64,000 nt of DNA from Antedon mediterranea (GCF_964355755.1 NC_092672.1:372001-436000), one strand, 5' to 3'; positions 25,970 through 39,500 are shown, numbered from the stretch's first letter. The notes: generated by a model not told the origin, from the sequence alone. Numbers and translations: made by a program.

Positions 25970-27537
25970 AAATTGCCCATAGAAACCAGTTTTGTCGAAA
26001 AATAAAAGGTTCGAAATTTGGCCATTTTTAACAAAATCCCTGTACTATACTGCCCCGTCATGAAAGAACGACTCAACTGCATAAAGCAAAGTTTTGAGAT
26101 AATCAACAAAACGTGTTCTTGTTTTAACTCTTCACGTGTGTTGATAATATTATTTTGATTAGCATAATAAACATGCGCAGAGGCGACTAATGGGTTCTGC
26201 GCATGTTAATTGTGCTATAACCAGTTTTATCGAAAAATAAAAAGGTCGAAAGGCCATTTAAAAAAAAAATCCCTGTACTGTACAGGGAAATTTTCGAAAA
26301 ATGGCCGATTTTCGACCCTTTTATTTTTTGACATAAATGGTTACTATTGCATAATAAACATGCGCAGAGGCGAATAATGGGTTCTGCATGTCAATTGTGC
26401 TATAGTAACAAGTTTTATCGAAAAATAAAAAGGTAAAAAAGTTGCCCTTTTTTGAAAAATCCCTTTTCGAAAATTGTTTTTCATGTTTCTTGTATTTTAA
26501 CTTTAGTTTTAAGTATTAATAATATTCAATAATAATATCATTACGGTGTTCACATAGTCTCTCCCCGGGGTATTTAATTCTAAATATTCCAGAAATAAAA
26601 TTAATACTCTAATAATAACTACCGGTAACAAGTTTAAGTGAGTATTGAATAAAATAATTATTGACAATTATTCGTAGGCAGTACCAAATTATTTTATGTT
26701 CAAAACAACAACATTACACAGCTTGCTGTGCAATTAACACCATTGTTGTGCACTTGAATGGGTTTCCTATGACATAATAGGTGTTAATATGTCATTTGAG
26801 TTACCGTAGTCTTTGGTGACAATAGTAACACACGCTTGTAATTGAGTGGTATTTTGATTTTTAAATTTCATATTTCTAGTTAAAATGTTGAATATACCAC
26901 AAGGTGTATCATTCCCTAAATAGCCCAAAAAGCTAAAAAAGTGATTTTTGAAAAATGTGTCAGCTGAGTCGTTCTTTCATGACAGGGCAGTATAGTACAG
27001 GGATTTTTTCGAAAATCGCCAAAATATCAGGTTTTTAAAATTCGATTATTATGCGATAATATTGCTATATATGATCATATATTGCATTATCATCTTATAG
27101 TGCCATAGAAACCAGTTTTGTCAAAAAATTAAAGTTTCGAAATTTGACCATTTTTTTAAAAATCCCTGTACTTAGTACAGGGATTTTTTCGAAAATAGCC
27201 AAAATATCAGGTTTTTAAAATTCGATTATTATGCGATAATATTGCTATATATGATCATATATTGCATTATCATCATCTTATAGTGCCATAGAAACCAGTT
27301 TTGTCAAAAAATTAAAGTTTCGAAATTTGACCATTTTTGAAAAAATCCCTGTACTTAGTACAGGGATTTTTTCGAAAATAGCCAAAATATCAGGTTTTTA
27401 AAATTCAATTTATATGCGATAATATTGCTATATATGATCATATATTGCATTATCATCATCTTATAGTGCCATAGAAACCAGTTTTGTCAAAAAATTAAAG
27501 TTTCGAAATTTGGCCATTTTTGAAAAAATCCCTGTAC
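25970..27537. repeat. Complex inverted/tandem repeat of ~180-bp units bounded by GTACAGGGATTTTT...AAAAATCCCTGTAC
   Basis: Three near-identical units at 26995-27170, 27175-27353 and 27358-27537. Inverted arms of ~45 bp at 26033-26079 and 26961-27008. Related degenerate units at 25970-26465. Confidence 0.75.
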
Positions 27538-28553
27538 AATGCTGATATACCATGATGTAAAATAATAACAGACAAGTTAGGGTTAGGGTTAAGTTCCTGC
27601 GGCGGAGATAGAAACTAAGACAACATGTACATAATATTATGAAGACATTTTAAACACAATATTTGTTTTTTAGAAATCTTATTGTCATAAAAAACCAGTA
27701 TATTATCAATTTATTATACCTCTAGTCAACTGCTGGTGTGTATACATCTAACTTTGTATACATACGTAACTTCTTCCCCTCCCATTTTCTAACCCACACT
27801 TCATCAATCATGTACCCAAATGATTCCTAATTGGTATTTACAGTTTTTACATTTTACCATTAAATTTAAAGAGTATTTAAGTTCCAGCCTTCTACCACCT
27901 GGTATGACATAATCAATCATTGCTTGATACAAAAAATAAATACATATTTCAATTCAATTCAATTGAAAACCAAAAGTAAAACTATGTATTTTATATTATA
28001 GTAGTTGAATAAGATTGGTTTTTACCTAGTATTAAAACAATCAATAAACATGATTGATAGCAATCACAAGCAATGCTATAAATTATTGGTAAAATTACTT
28101 TCGTTCAATTTCTTCTCGTTGAGATTTAGTGGATACCAACAAAATGTTATTAGATTGTACTTAACAATGCTTACCATTAAACTATGGAATTACTATATGT
28201 ACTGTAAATACGCCTATTGTTAAATCATTTTTTTCTCTAACTTTTATTTTACTCTGGACGCACCTTCATTCAAGAAGTGTGCCACTGTTTCAAAAGTGTA
28301 GCTTCCAAATAAATTATTATTATATTATATCAAAGCGATAAAAAATTAAAAACAATTTTAGTATAAACAATAACCTTACTACAACATTTAAAATGAACCT
28401 CAGTATTTTATGAATAATGGGTTGTAGCTTTATTATGCTTGTTCCAGACAGGCTTTACAATTCCAATAAAATAAATTTACTATACAGTCTATAGAAAATA
28501 TATCCACACTTTAAAATTTAATTTTGTTCAACAAATTACCCATAATATTATAT

Positions 28554-28587
28554 TCACAGACCAGCTGCTCTCTCATCACAAGTATGT
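28554..28587 (-). CDS. Candidate short alternative terminal exon C of the RILPL gene (HTCDERAAGL*)
   Basis: Acceptor gttgtttcacag|A CAT ACT TGT GAT GAG AGA GCA GCT GGT CTG TGA, phase 2. It could instead be a 3' UTR exon spliced from a donor inside exon B (TG|A stop). Confidence 0.4.
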
Positions 28588-28877
28588 CTGTGAAACAACC
28601 CAATATACACAATGATCTAATAAATGCTACATTTTGACAAGTATGTCTGTGAAACAACCCAATATACACAATGATCTAATAAATGCTACATTTTGACAAG
28701 TGTGTCTGTGAAACAACCCAATATACACAATGATCTAATAAATGCTACATTTTGACAAGTATGTCTGTGAAACAACCCAATATACACAATGATCTAATAA
28801 ATGCTACATTTTGACAAGTGTGTCTGTGAAACAACCCAATATACACAATGATCTAATAAATGTTACATTTTGACAAT
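28578..28877. repeat. 59-bp tandem repeat, 5 copies, spanning a candidate minus-strand splice acceptor
   Basis: Unit ACAAGTATGTCTGTGAAACAACCCAATATACACAATGATCTAATAAATGCTACATTTTG. Confidence 0.95.
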
Positions 28878-29191
28878 TTAACTAAGAATTAAAACCCAAC
28901 TGTGTGATTAGAAAACTTTAAAAAATTAAATCACTCTTTACTTTGAAAAAATGTTATTTATTTATTATCTTAATGTAACTAGCTTTAGCCTCCTCGTATC
29001 ACAAGGTCATCTTAATGTAACTAGCTTTAGCCTTGTATCACAAGGTCCTTGAGTTTCCTTTTCTCTTATTAAAATGTTTTACTCCTTTTTGTCATGTGTA
29101 TTGTTTTGATGGGATGAATAAAGAGATCAAATAACTAATAAAAGAAAACGTCTTCACTGAGAGCAATAAGATGTCCTAGTATAAATCATAT

Positions 29192-29540
29192 TTATATATA
29201 CCATATAGTCCCTCCTGTGGGTATTGGGACAGCACCAACTTCATCATCTCCACTACTTTCGTCATGTGACGTATCTGGGAGTTCATCTTCAATAACCTTA
29301 CTAACTTGAGGTTTTTTACGTCGCTTAACTTTGCTTTCACCATTTGAGTTATTATTGCTACTGAACTCTGTAAACCCATCAAACCATTCCAAGTCATCCT
29401 CACGTCCGACCCAAGTCAGCTCTGTATTGTTCCTTGGATCTAATGTGTTTGCTCGTGAAGATGTTGGCGATGTGTTAGGACTTGCGAAGAGCAGCTTTTT
29501 CACGTTTGGTGAAACTTTCATTTTTATTACACGTTGGAAT
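29192..29540 (-). CDS. Candidate alternative terminal exon B of the RILPL gene
   Basis: Acceptor gatttaacag|A, phase 2 like exon A. Open frame FQRVIKMKVSPNVKKLLFASP...GGTIWYI* matches the ORF 29192..29521. Confidence 0.55.
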
Positions 29541-30549
29541 CTGTTAAATCCAAAAATTAAATTGGAAGACGAAAAAAGACTTGTTATATTTGGGTGGGAT
29601 ATGATTAATTAATGATCCTTGATATTATTAACATAATACCGGTACATAAAATTAAGCATTTACTAAATTATATACACTTATTCTGGAAGACGATATTTAG
29701 TAAACACTTAAGTTGTAATATAAAATTATGAACTATTTTAAACTACATCTCAACATAATGATTTCGCAATGCACCCTTCAAACAATATATATTTTAAACT
29801 AACTGTATATTTCATTTCAAAAAGTTTTTAGCAGAAGCAAAAATTAGTTACTAATTACCAGAAATCAATTATTACTATACTTAGCAAAAATCTGTAATTA
29901 CTTAGCAATGATCATAATAAAATATATTAATTATTATATTTAAGAATACCTTTTACAAACTTTAAAACTATTATACTTGATAATTTTTTTTTTTACAATG
30001 AATGTCCTTAAATGTAAACTACTGAAAAGCCTTAAATGAATGATTTTATGTAAATAAATACAAATCACTGGATTTAGAGTAAATTTTCAAGTTTAAAAAC
30101 TTTAAAATTGAATAACTTTCTTTTTAATATAAAATAATGGCACCAATATTTAGCACAAATTTCTTTGATGAATATATGAATTCAAAATTAATTTTCAATT
30201 TAGAAGGACAATACATCTTACATTCATTCATGTAAAATGGACACACGTTGAAACAATTTTTTTCCAATAAGAAGCAAATTCAATTAAATAAATAAATAAC
30301 TCTATATTACTAAATGAAAATCATCCTTATTTAACCACAGAAAATGTCATTGTCGCTATCCTGGGCTTAATTAAAAAGTGGTTTTTATTTTATTGTATTT
30401 CTAACAATAAAGACATAGACCTCATAAAATCATGTTCAGGTAAAATGCTGTTTTGATGTATATACTGTATATTTCGACAAAACTGGAGTTTTAGTAAAAT
30501 TTTCTTCATAAAAATTTTTTTTTTCATTCCAAATTATTTCCATTACAGT

Positions 30550-33500
30550 CTAAATGACTTTTCCTCTTGATTCCCTCCTTGATATTTTTTTTTCTTCTAC
30601 TGATTTTTTTCTTTCTTTCATCTGAATATTCTCCACTAGTGCAATACTTGAGGACGCTCGTTCTTCGGTAACATTGCCAATTTCTAAGGATGATTCCGGT
30701 GATGGCTCCGCAAAATGATCTTCTTTAATCTCATTTGCATCATCAATGTCAAAGTTCACAATCTCCCAATCACTTTGTGATCGTCGTGGAGTTGCAGGTG
30801 AGCTACCAGCCGCACTTAGTTCTGATAGCTCCCTCATACTATTGCTTGCATCAAGCATTCCATTAGTCTCTGATGCACCAGGTGTATTTGGTGTTGATCG
30901 TTGTGAAGGAGTTCTAGGTGATTTGGAAGACTTAGACTTTGGAGAAAAAATTAGTTGAAAACTGAAAAATAAAAGAAAATTAGCAAATATATATATATAT
31001 CTATACAACAGCACACAAATTCATGTAAAAAAAAGTGATGCAGTAATTGCATCATGTTATCATGATTAGGTGTTATCATAAGGTGTTAACATTATACTTA
31101 TCATTTTTATCAAGCAGTATCCATTCTTAAATAAAGTATAATTATCAAATATTGTTGTCTGTAAATGTGTTTTAATTATTTGATAAAGTAAAGCTACATT
31201 TACACTTTGTTAAAGTAGCTTAATTTGGTACAATTATGTTAATAAAATAACAAAATATGGACAAAGTGAAATCAAATGAAGTGCAAATTGAACATGTAGT
31301 GAATGAAATACAGACATTTAAATGTAAGTAAAGATGATACACAGTGTTCATGGTATCGGTGCAAATACAGTACTAATTTAATTGTGCAAAGTGTGGTACA
31401 GCTAGACAATTACATTTACTGTACTGTGTATGAAGATTTTAGAAGAATACATTCAGTACATCAATTTTGAAATATGATACCAAATTACATTTGTGTACAA
31501 ATTGTAGTTCACATTATATCAATATAATGTATACTGAAAAAAAAATGCAATTTCATGGATTGTGAGTGTAAGACTTCATATAATTAAGTATTCACTTACC
31601 AGTGTAAGTATAACTAAGCCAAAGCAAATATGTATATTTTGATATTAATTAATTCAGATGTATGCACTGTAAATATATTAATTAATTCAGATGTATGCAC
31701 TGTAAATATATTAATTAATTCAGATGTATGCACTGTAAATATATCTTGAATGAATGAATTGTTTTTTCTAATCTCTCAATTTGTAGTATTATTGTAAAAA
31801 AATTCCTAATTCCAAATAAGCTTCATCATCAACATTGATATATTTTTATGGTTATTACAATATCTAATTTATTTATTTTACTTAATACCATTGTGTGGAT
31901 AAAAACAACCATCAACAATTGGTGCTAATGTATATGTTTTTGTTTAATTTAAGAAGTGTAATAAGTAATGTGTAGTGGTTAACATGCTTGCCTTCCAATC
32001 CCAAGGCCCAGGGTTCAATCCTGACCTAGTGCCAGGGTTGTATCTGACAACTCTTTCAACTATATTCCTTCAGCCTCAAATGATACATTTAAAAATAGTT
32101 TATCTATCCCGTAATTGGCGAGTTACTTGCGTATAAAAAAAAGAAATAAAATAATAATATCCTTGTTCATGCTGTGAAACATTCATAACATACTAGGTTA
32201 TATAAACATGCTTAAATATGTATGCATACAACCTTAAAGCTTGGTTCCCACTAGAACGTAACGCAAGGACGTAAACGCAACGCAAGCGTTTTAACCAATG
32301 ACAAGCGAAGTTATAAAAAGTTAGCAATCACAAGCGAATAAGCCATCGCTTGTGATTGGTCAATTCATTTGCGTTGCGTTACGTCCTTGCGTTGCGTCGC
32401 TAGTGGGAACCACGCTTTCCTTATGAAGGGCTTAGAAGCAATATGGTCTCATTTGGAATTTAGGGACTTCAACTTAGCAATCAATTGTTACTAATTGATA
32501 TTTTCCAAATTAAAACACTATAAAAAAAGTATGAGGGAGCTTTGAACATATGAGGTCATAATGAAGGTGTACTATGCTCATATGGTGAGTTTGATTTAGA
32601 AATTGTATGATTCAATTCTATGCCTAGATGATGACATGCTCATTTAAGTTGACTTGATGACTTGAAGAAATGACATAAAGCATAATTTACATAAGTCCTA
32701 GATCAGTTCTTTGCAATTTGGTTTATCCAGGTAAGCTAGGCACGACATAGACTAGACCATTTACAAAGCCCTTCATATATCATTTTACTGTAAATAGAAT
32801 TCATTAGTATTTCCATGCTCAAACGAACCTTGAAAGACAATGGTAAATCAGCCAATCGTATTTGATGAAATCCCATCTAAAAATAGTACTACTGAATCTC
32901 ACCTGTATAACTAGTAAATCATAGCATGTATTCACACAACTTAATTAATGCCATGCAATGGTATTTACATAGGTCACATGATCACTTAATGTGCAGAGAG
33001 GCACCCAGGGTATTCAATCTTTTCCAACATCATTTATGTGTTCATTTTTTCTTTTGTTCACATGAAAAAAGAACCCATATAAAGACAATCAAGGTATCAA
33101 GTATCAATTAATGTTTTTATGGTGAAATAAATTGATACCTAATAATTGATTGTCTTTGTACACATGTTCATTGGTGCTGTGTCTACCAATTGGCAAGGAC
33201 AATGTTAAAACATTTTTACAGCAACTGTTTACATTGGATGAATCTAAAAATAATTAAAATTAATTATTAAATTACAAATTTACACCAATGGGATCATGTG
33301 ACAAATTAACACCATTTTTATAAATGATTATTGTCTGGATCTCCATTGAGATCCAGTGATATACCCACAACATTGCCATTTATTCAGTAATATGCCGTTT
33401 GATTTATATTATTGCCACTCAGATTAATACAGTTATACAATCTTGTAAACTAAAGTACATAGATATTGCTTCACATGATCAAAACATAAATATTACATTA

Positions 33501-36500
33501 ACATAAAACACAACATTACATCACAACTAAAAACCATACCTCAATAAACCTGTGAAATTACACCACCAATAATTAGGAAAATTATGTAATTTAATATCTA
33601 TTATATTTCAGTACTTTTATTACATTTTCCTTATTTTGAAATCTAAAATCATGTCCGTTGTAAGTTTGTAAGTAAGTTTTCATGTAAGTTTTGAAATACC
33701 AAAAGTGAATTCATGACACTAAATAAATTACTGGTGCCAAATGAAAAACCAATAATTTTCCACATTCCAATTTCAAAATTCTTACAAAACTACTAAGTTT
33801 GTCTATGTTCAATTTGTCCGGAAGTGGTAATTTTCTGGCCTCTAGCTTTACTCTGTGGAAAATACATTATATGTTTTTTTTAAATTGCTTTAAATTTATC
33901 ATTATTTATAATTTAAAAACAAATTTTGTAAGTTGTTTTCATACATTTCAAAATTTATATCAATTTTTTTAAATATTATATTACTATACAAAATATATTA
34001 TTATTTGAAAAAGAAATCAATTTACAGTAAAAAAAAATGTCCAATTTAATATTATTTACATACTTTCCATTAGTAATATCCAATTAATATTAAAACACAA
34101 TTAAAGTTTAGTTTTTAAACAAAATCAGAAAAACACATTAATAATAAAATCTTACAAATTTGAAACTTTAGAAACAGTTTCTGGTTCAAAAAGAGCTCGT
34201 CGAATTCTGAAGGTAAAGAATAACATGAACAGTAAACAAATAGATCAACATATGGTATGACACATTCCGAAGATAAAGCTCTGTCTACACTATCAAACTA
34301 ATTGTGATGTGCCCATATGGACATCATGATGTCATATCACTACCATATTTAAGTATATCACTACCATATTTGGGCACATCACACTTTTCTTGTAGACAGA
34401 GCTTAAAAGCATTCTAATAATTATCCAATATATTAACAACATTTTGATACAATTACAGTGTTTGTTACACATAGCTTACAGTACAAATACATACTTAACA
34501 TTATAATACACCAGTCAACACATAACTACATGCAATTCTGTATTAGTATCTTCAGTAATTATATTAACATACAGTATGGTATTTATTACAATATGACATT
34601 TTTAATTGAAATATATCTAATATTACATAACCCATGTCATTTAACACCTTTTCATAACATTTTTTTTAAAACACAAAATGTATTATATTTCATTAAACCG
34701 TTTAAATAATTAAAAAGTCTTTAACAATAACGTCAAACTTTTAAAAATGTTTTCCTAGTATTTTACCCATGCTACAGAGATGATAATGTGGATAGGAAGG
34801 TAGTAAGTACTAACAGTGTGATTCTAGTATAGTATTATGGGTACATAATGTCAACAATAAAATAATGTAAAATATGATTTATTTATGTCATAAATGAATG
34901 ATATGACACCAGTGATTGATACAATATAAAAAAGGTCAAAGTTGAGAAATTATTTTATAATAATGTCTTAATATTAATAGATGAGTTGTAATTTAATAAA
35001 TATAAATTAAGCTAAAAGCAGCTTAAGTATGTACTTACAATTTCCTGATACCTGAATCTTCAGTTTTTTTAGGTGGGGTTACTTGTTCTGTAGAAAGTAT
35101 AAAGGAATCCTCAACTGGCCTGTGAAAACAACAAATACATTACAATAAACTATCCATTCATTGTTGCTTTACTCAAGTTAAGTTGTACTTAATATTGTTG
35201 CTTTACTCAAGTTAAGTTGTACTTAATTGTTGCTTTACTCAAGTTAAGTTGTACTTAATTGTTGCTTTACTCAAGTTAAGTTGTACTTAATTGTTGCTTT
35301 ACTCAAGTTAAGTTGTACTTAATTGTTGTTTTACTCAAGTTAAGTTGTACTTAATTGTTGCTTTACTCAAGTTAAGTTGTACTTAATTTCATTCAATTCA
35401 TCTTTTATTTCGGAAAAAATAATAAAGTACAAACTTTTCCATAGCTCAAGAACAAATTAGTGTCAACATTATTATAAATATAAATGAAATATATATATAA
35501 ATAAACCGACACCAAAGTCACTTAAGTACTGAACTAGATTAGAAAACTTAATTGATTATTGAAAATGCAATTTAATGAGGTTTTAAATTAGGGAGGGAGT
35601 TTTCTGATAGGATTTTTAAATAACTACATCTATTAAATAAATTAAAGGACGATTGTGCTAAGAAAGGTGTTGTGATGATAAAAATGTTAATGATAATACA
35701 TTGGTAGTATAATAGTGTTCTATATTGTACAAAAGTAATATCTATTTCACTTCAGTCAAACATCAATATTGGATACAAAACATAAATATCAATTTTTTAA
35801 AGCAATTTCATGGGTTTAATTGATAAATTAGCATCATTTTGTCTACATGTATGTAGAGGTTGAATGACATTTTCACTTTATTAATGACATAGTGTGCTAG
35901 ATAAAATAACTGTTATTGGAAATATTTAACCCAAGGATGAAGTCAATTGTGTAGTGCAATGTTAAACACTTGAATCTCATGTCACTCAATACACTTACAT
36001 AAATAGCAATTAATATACTGGTTGTTGAGTATACTATATAGAGTACTATATTTCAACATGGAGAAATTAGTCTTAAACCAATTCCACCAAGATTTAAACA
36101 CTTCTTGTTTAAACAAGGAAAAAGGAAACCAACTCCTCAACATTACTTAGAATATTGCATTATTTTATTATTATCTGTAATTTACTTTATGGTTTTACAT
36201 TTTTTTTTTTTTTTAGAATTTTTGGTTTTGAGTGACTGGTACAATGTTAGTTCAATTTGGTTTGGAACAGATTGCTCAGCTAAAATTATAAATTCTATTG
36301 AAGAAAATAAACATTACATGCGTAAAATAATCCTTTATTTCAAATAAAAACATAAGAAGGTAACAAACATCCTAGGGAGTAGTAGTAAGCACAGCTGAGT
36401 TAGAAGGTAACAAACATCCTAGGGAGTAGTAGTAAGCACAGCTGAGTTAGAAGGTAACAAACATCCTAGGGAGTAGTAGTAAGCACAGCTGAGTTAGAAG

Positions 36501-39500
36501 GTAACAAACATCCTAGGGAGTAGTAGTAAGCACAGCTGAGTTAGAAGGTAACAAACATCCTAGGGAGTAGTAGTAAGCACAGCTGAGTTAGAAGGTAACA
36601 AACATCCTAGGGAGTAGTAGTAAGCACAGCTGAGTTAGAAGGTAACAAACATCCTAGGGAGTAGTAGTAAGCACAGCTGAGTTAGAAGGTAACAAACATC
36701 CTAGGGAGTAGTAGTAAGCACAGCTGAGTTAGAAGGTAACAAACATCCTAGGGAGTAGTAGTAAGCACAGCTGAGTTAGAAGGTAACAAACATCCTAGGG
36801 AGTAGTAGTAAGCACAGCTGAGTTAGAAGGTAACAAACATCCTAGGGAGTAGTAGTAAGCACAGCTGAGTTAGAAGGTAACAAACATCCTAGGGAGTAGT
36901 AGTAAGCACAGCTGAGTTAGAAGGTAACAAACATCCTAGGGAGTAGTAGTAAGCACAGCTGAGTTAGAAGGTAACAAACATCCCAGGGAGTAGTAGTAAG
37001 CACAGCTGAGTTAGAAGGTAACAAACATCCTAGGGAGTAGTAGTAAGCACAGCTGAGTTAGAAGGTAACAAACATCCCAGGGAGTAGTAGTAAGCACAGC
37101 TGAGTTAGAAAATAATGGCGGCTAAACCAATATTCAACATGCTTTTCAACAATTAGCTATTTAATCCTCAATTCATTAAGGGATTAAGCTTAATCCTTAA
37201 TTAACAAGAACACCACCATGTTTTATAAAAGCAACAGCTTGTACCTTTTCTATGTAGGTACAGTATGGTTACTTACCTGTAAGACTCCAACTCATCTTCC
37301 AACTCAAGTGTTCTAAACTTAAGTTCATCTCTTTCTTGTAGCACCGTCTGCAGTTCCTTTAGCGTGAATCGTGGACGGTTAGGGTCACGGAGGTCAATCA
37401 CAATCTTGCCATCTGGTTGGTCAAATTCGACCCCATTAGACTCCTATTAAAGAAATAATACATTTCAAGATGTTGGTCATGACAGATTCTAAAATCCACT
37501 AAAACCTTAAAATTGTATTACTGTATATCCTCTGGTATAATTTCACTCCCTTAGAATACAAAATTTGGCTGGGGGGGGGGGGGGGGGGGTGGATTATACC
37601 CGGAGAATCCCTGATTCATGAAAAAACATGTATTTCTTGTACAAACTCATCTGAACTGGCTGGAGAGGTCTACATCAAGACCAAAAGTCAATACTGGGAC
37701 TATCTCATGGATATGCCGATATACCCGAGGATATACAGTAATTAAAAACAGCAACCACAAGTTATTGTCAACTGTCACAAACCTCAGGTACAGAAGTGTG
37801 TTGGACAGTCTCTATTTCAATACCATGCCGCCCCATATCTTGTGCTAAGGCTTCTAATTTGGTCTGCATTTCTGTCTTCTCTTTTATGACACTCTTCGCC
37901 TGCGAGGCTAAAAGTTCACTTTTCCGACGTAATTGCTGGTTAACTTTTGCAAGACGTGCAACTTGTTCTTGGAGCTAATAAATAATTTTTAAAAACATAG
38001 GAAATAAGTATACAGTATTAATATCAGTAATAAAATTACTTGGCATGTCATTGTAAATATAAACTTAAGATATGGTATTACATTTTATACCCCCATGTTT
38101 TTGTTCCTTTCACATCGTCTAGAAAAACTATGGAGTTTGCACACACATTTGTTTTAATGTATTGGCAAACACATTAAATATATTGTTTTACAAATTTAAA
38201 TTGATCTTCTAATGAAAAATTATAATATAAAAATAAAAATTTGATTTCTTTAGGTACACACTGCCAAGGATTGTCAAGAGTGTTCAAAGCTATTATCCTC
38301 CAGAAAGGTGACAATTCTGATGCACTACAAAAAATCAGTATTGGAAGTCTTTGACATGAAGTGGAATTGAGATAGACTTTTGGTCTGATAGAGCCAGCAG
38401 TTTAAAAATACTTTTTAAATGATCAGTATTATTATTTATTTATTATTATTGAACATTTTTGGAAAAAAAATGTGGACATCTGAGCGGATTTGAACCACGG
38501 ACCCAGAATCCAAACCACAAGGCTACTGTATATTATAAACACACTTCACTATAATTCATGAGACTATTAGTAATATTACTGTACCATACATTCAAAAGTT
38601 ACTGGTGGTACTAAATTGATCTTCTAATAAAATATTCAAACTTATAATTATATAAGTTTGATTTCTTTAGGTACACACTGCCAAGGATTGCCAAGAGTGC
38701 CCCCAGAAATGTGACAATTCTGATGCTCTACAAAAAAATCATTCTTGGAAGTCTTTGAGATGGAGTGGAGTGGAGTTGAGATGGAGTGGAGTTCAGTTGA
38801 GTTAGGAGTTCAGTTGAGTTAGGAGTTCAGTTGAGTTAGCAGTGGAGTTGAAATAGACTTTTGGTTTGATAGAGCTCTGAGAGCAGTTTAAGAGTGCTAT
38901 ATAATAAATGCTCAGTATTATTACTTATTATTATTGAACATTTTGGGAGAAAAAATCTGGACATCTGACCGGATTTGAGATAGGTAGCTGAGAATCCAAA
39001 CCACGAAGCTACTGTATATTATTTTAAACACACTTCACTATAATTCCACTATAATTCATGAGACTATTATTAGTATTATTAGCAAACATTCAAAAGTTAC
39101 TGGTGGTACTCAGTCATACAATTTTTATATTTGTTGGCTTATCACTGATATTATTTTAATGTCATTGTTTGGTGATATAACTCTGGCTTAGCGTTTAACA
39201 TATATTTGCAATCTGTAAATGATAAGGACTCATGACTAACACACTTGTGATCAAAAGTAGGTCCATACATTATTGCGTCAACTGATAATGGACCTATTAG
39301 ATACAGTAACTCTTCCAATTACAAACTTGGTTAATAATTAAATTTAAATTTCAAACAGACAAATTTTATTTTGTTCAAAATGAGCACAAACGATAACTAC
39401 ACAGAGTATACACTAATAATTCAACAAAACAATGTAGAATATCAGCATAATCAATTTTAATACGTGTTTGCTACAATAATTATAGTAGCAACAAAAAGTA

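Noticed and set aside
27575-27592. TTAGGG repeats as a telomere or chromosome-healing site
   Set aside because: Under three copies; such short tracts are common by chance and inside transposons.
29950-29959. Possible 10-nt microexon TTTGTAAAAG, and a 5-nt one near 42865
   Set aside because: Weak splice context, and the phases do not fit neighbouring exons.
36200-36280. Possible extra RILPL exon in intron 5
   Set aside because: Open only in phase 1, whereas the flanking exons need phase 2, which gives an immediate TGA.
36355-37110. Regular 23-47-bp arrays (also at 5946, 8526, 17256 and 45674) as CRISPR arrays
   Set aside because: Units are contiguous with no unique spacers, there are no cas genes, and the context is eukaryotic intronic or intergenic DNA. 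They are minisatellites.
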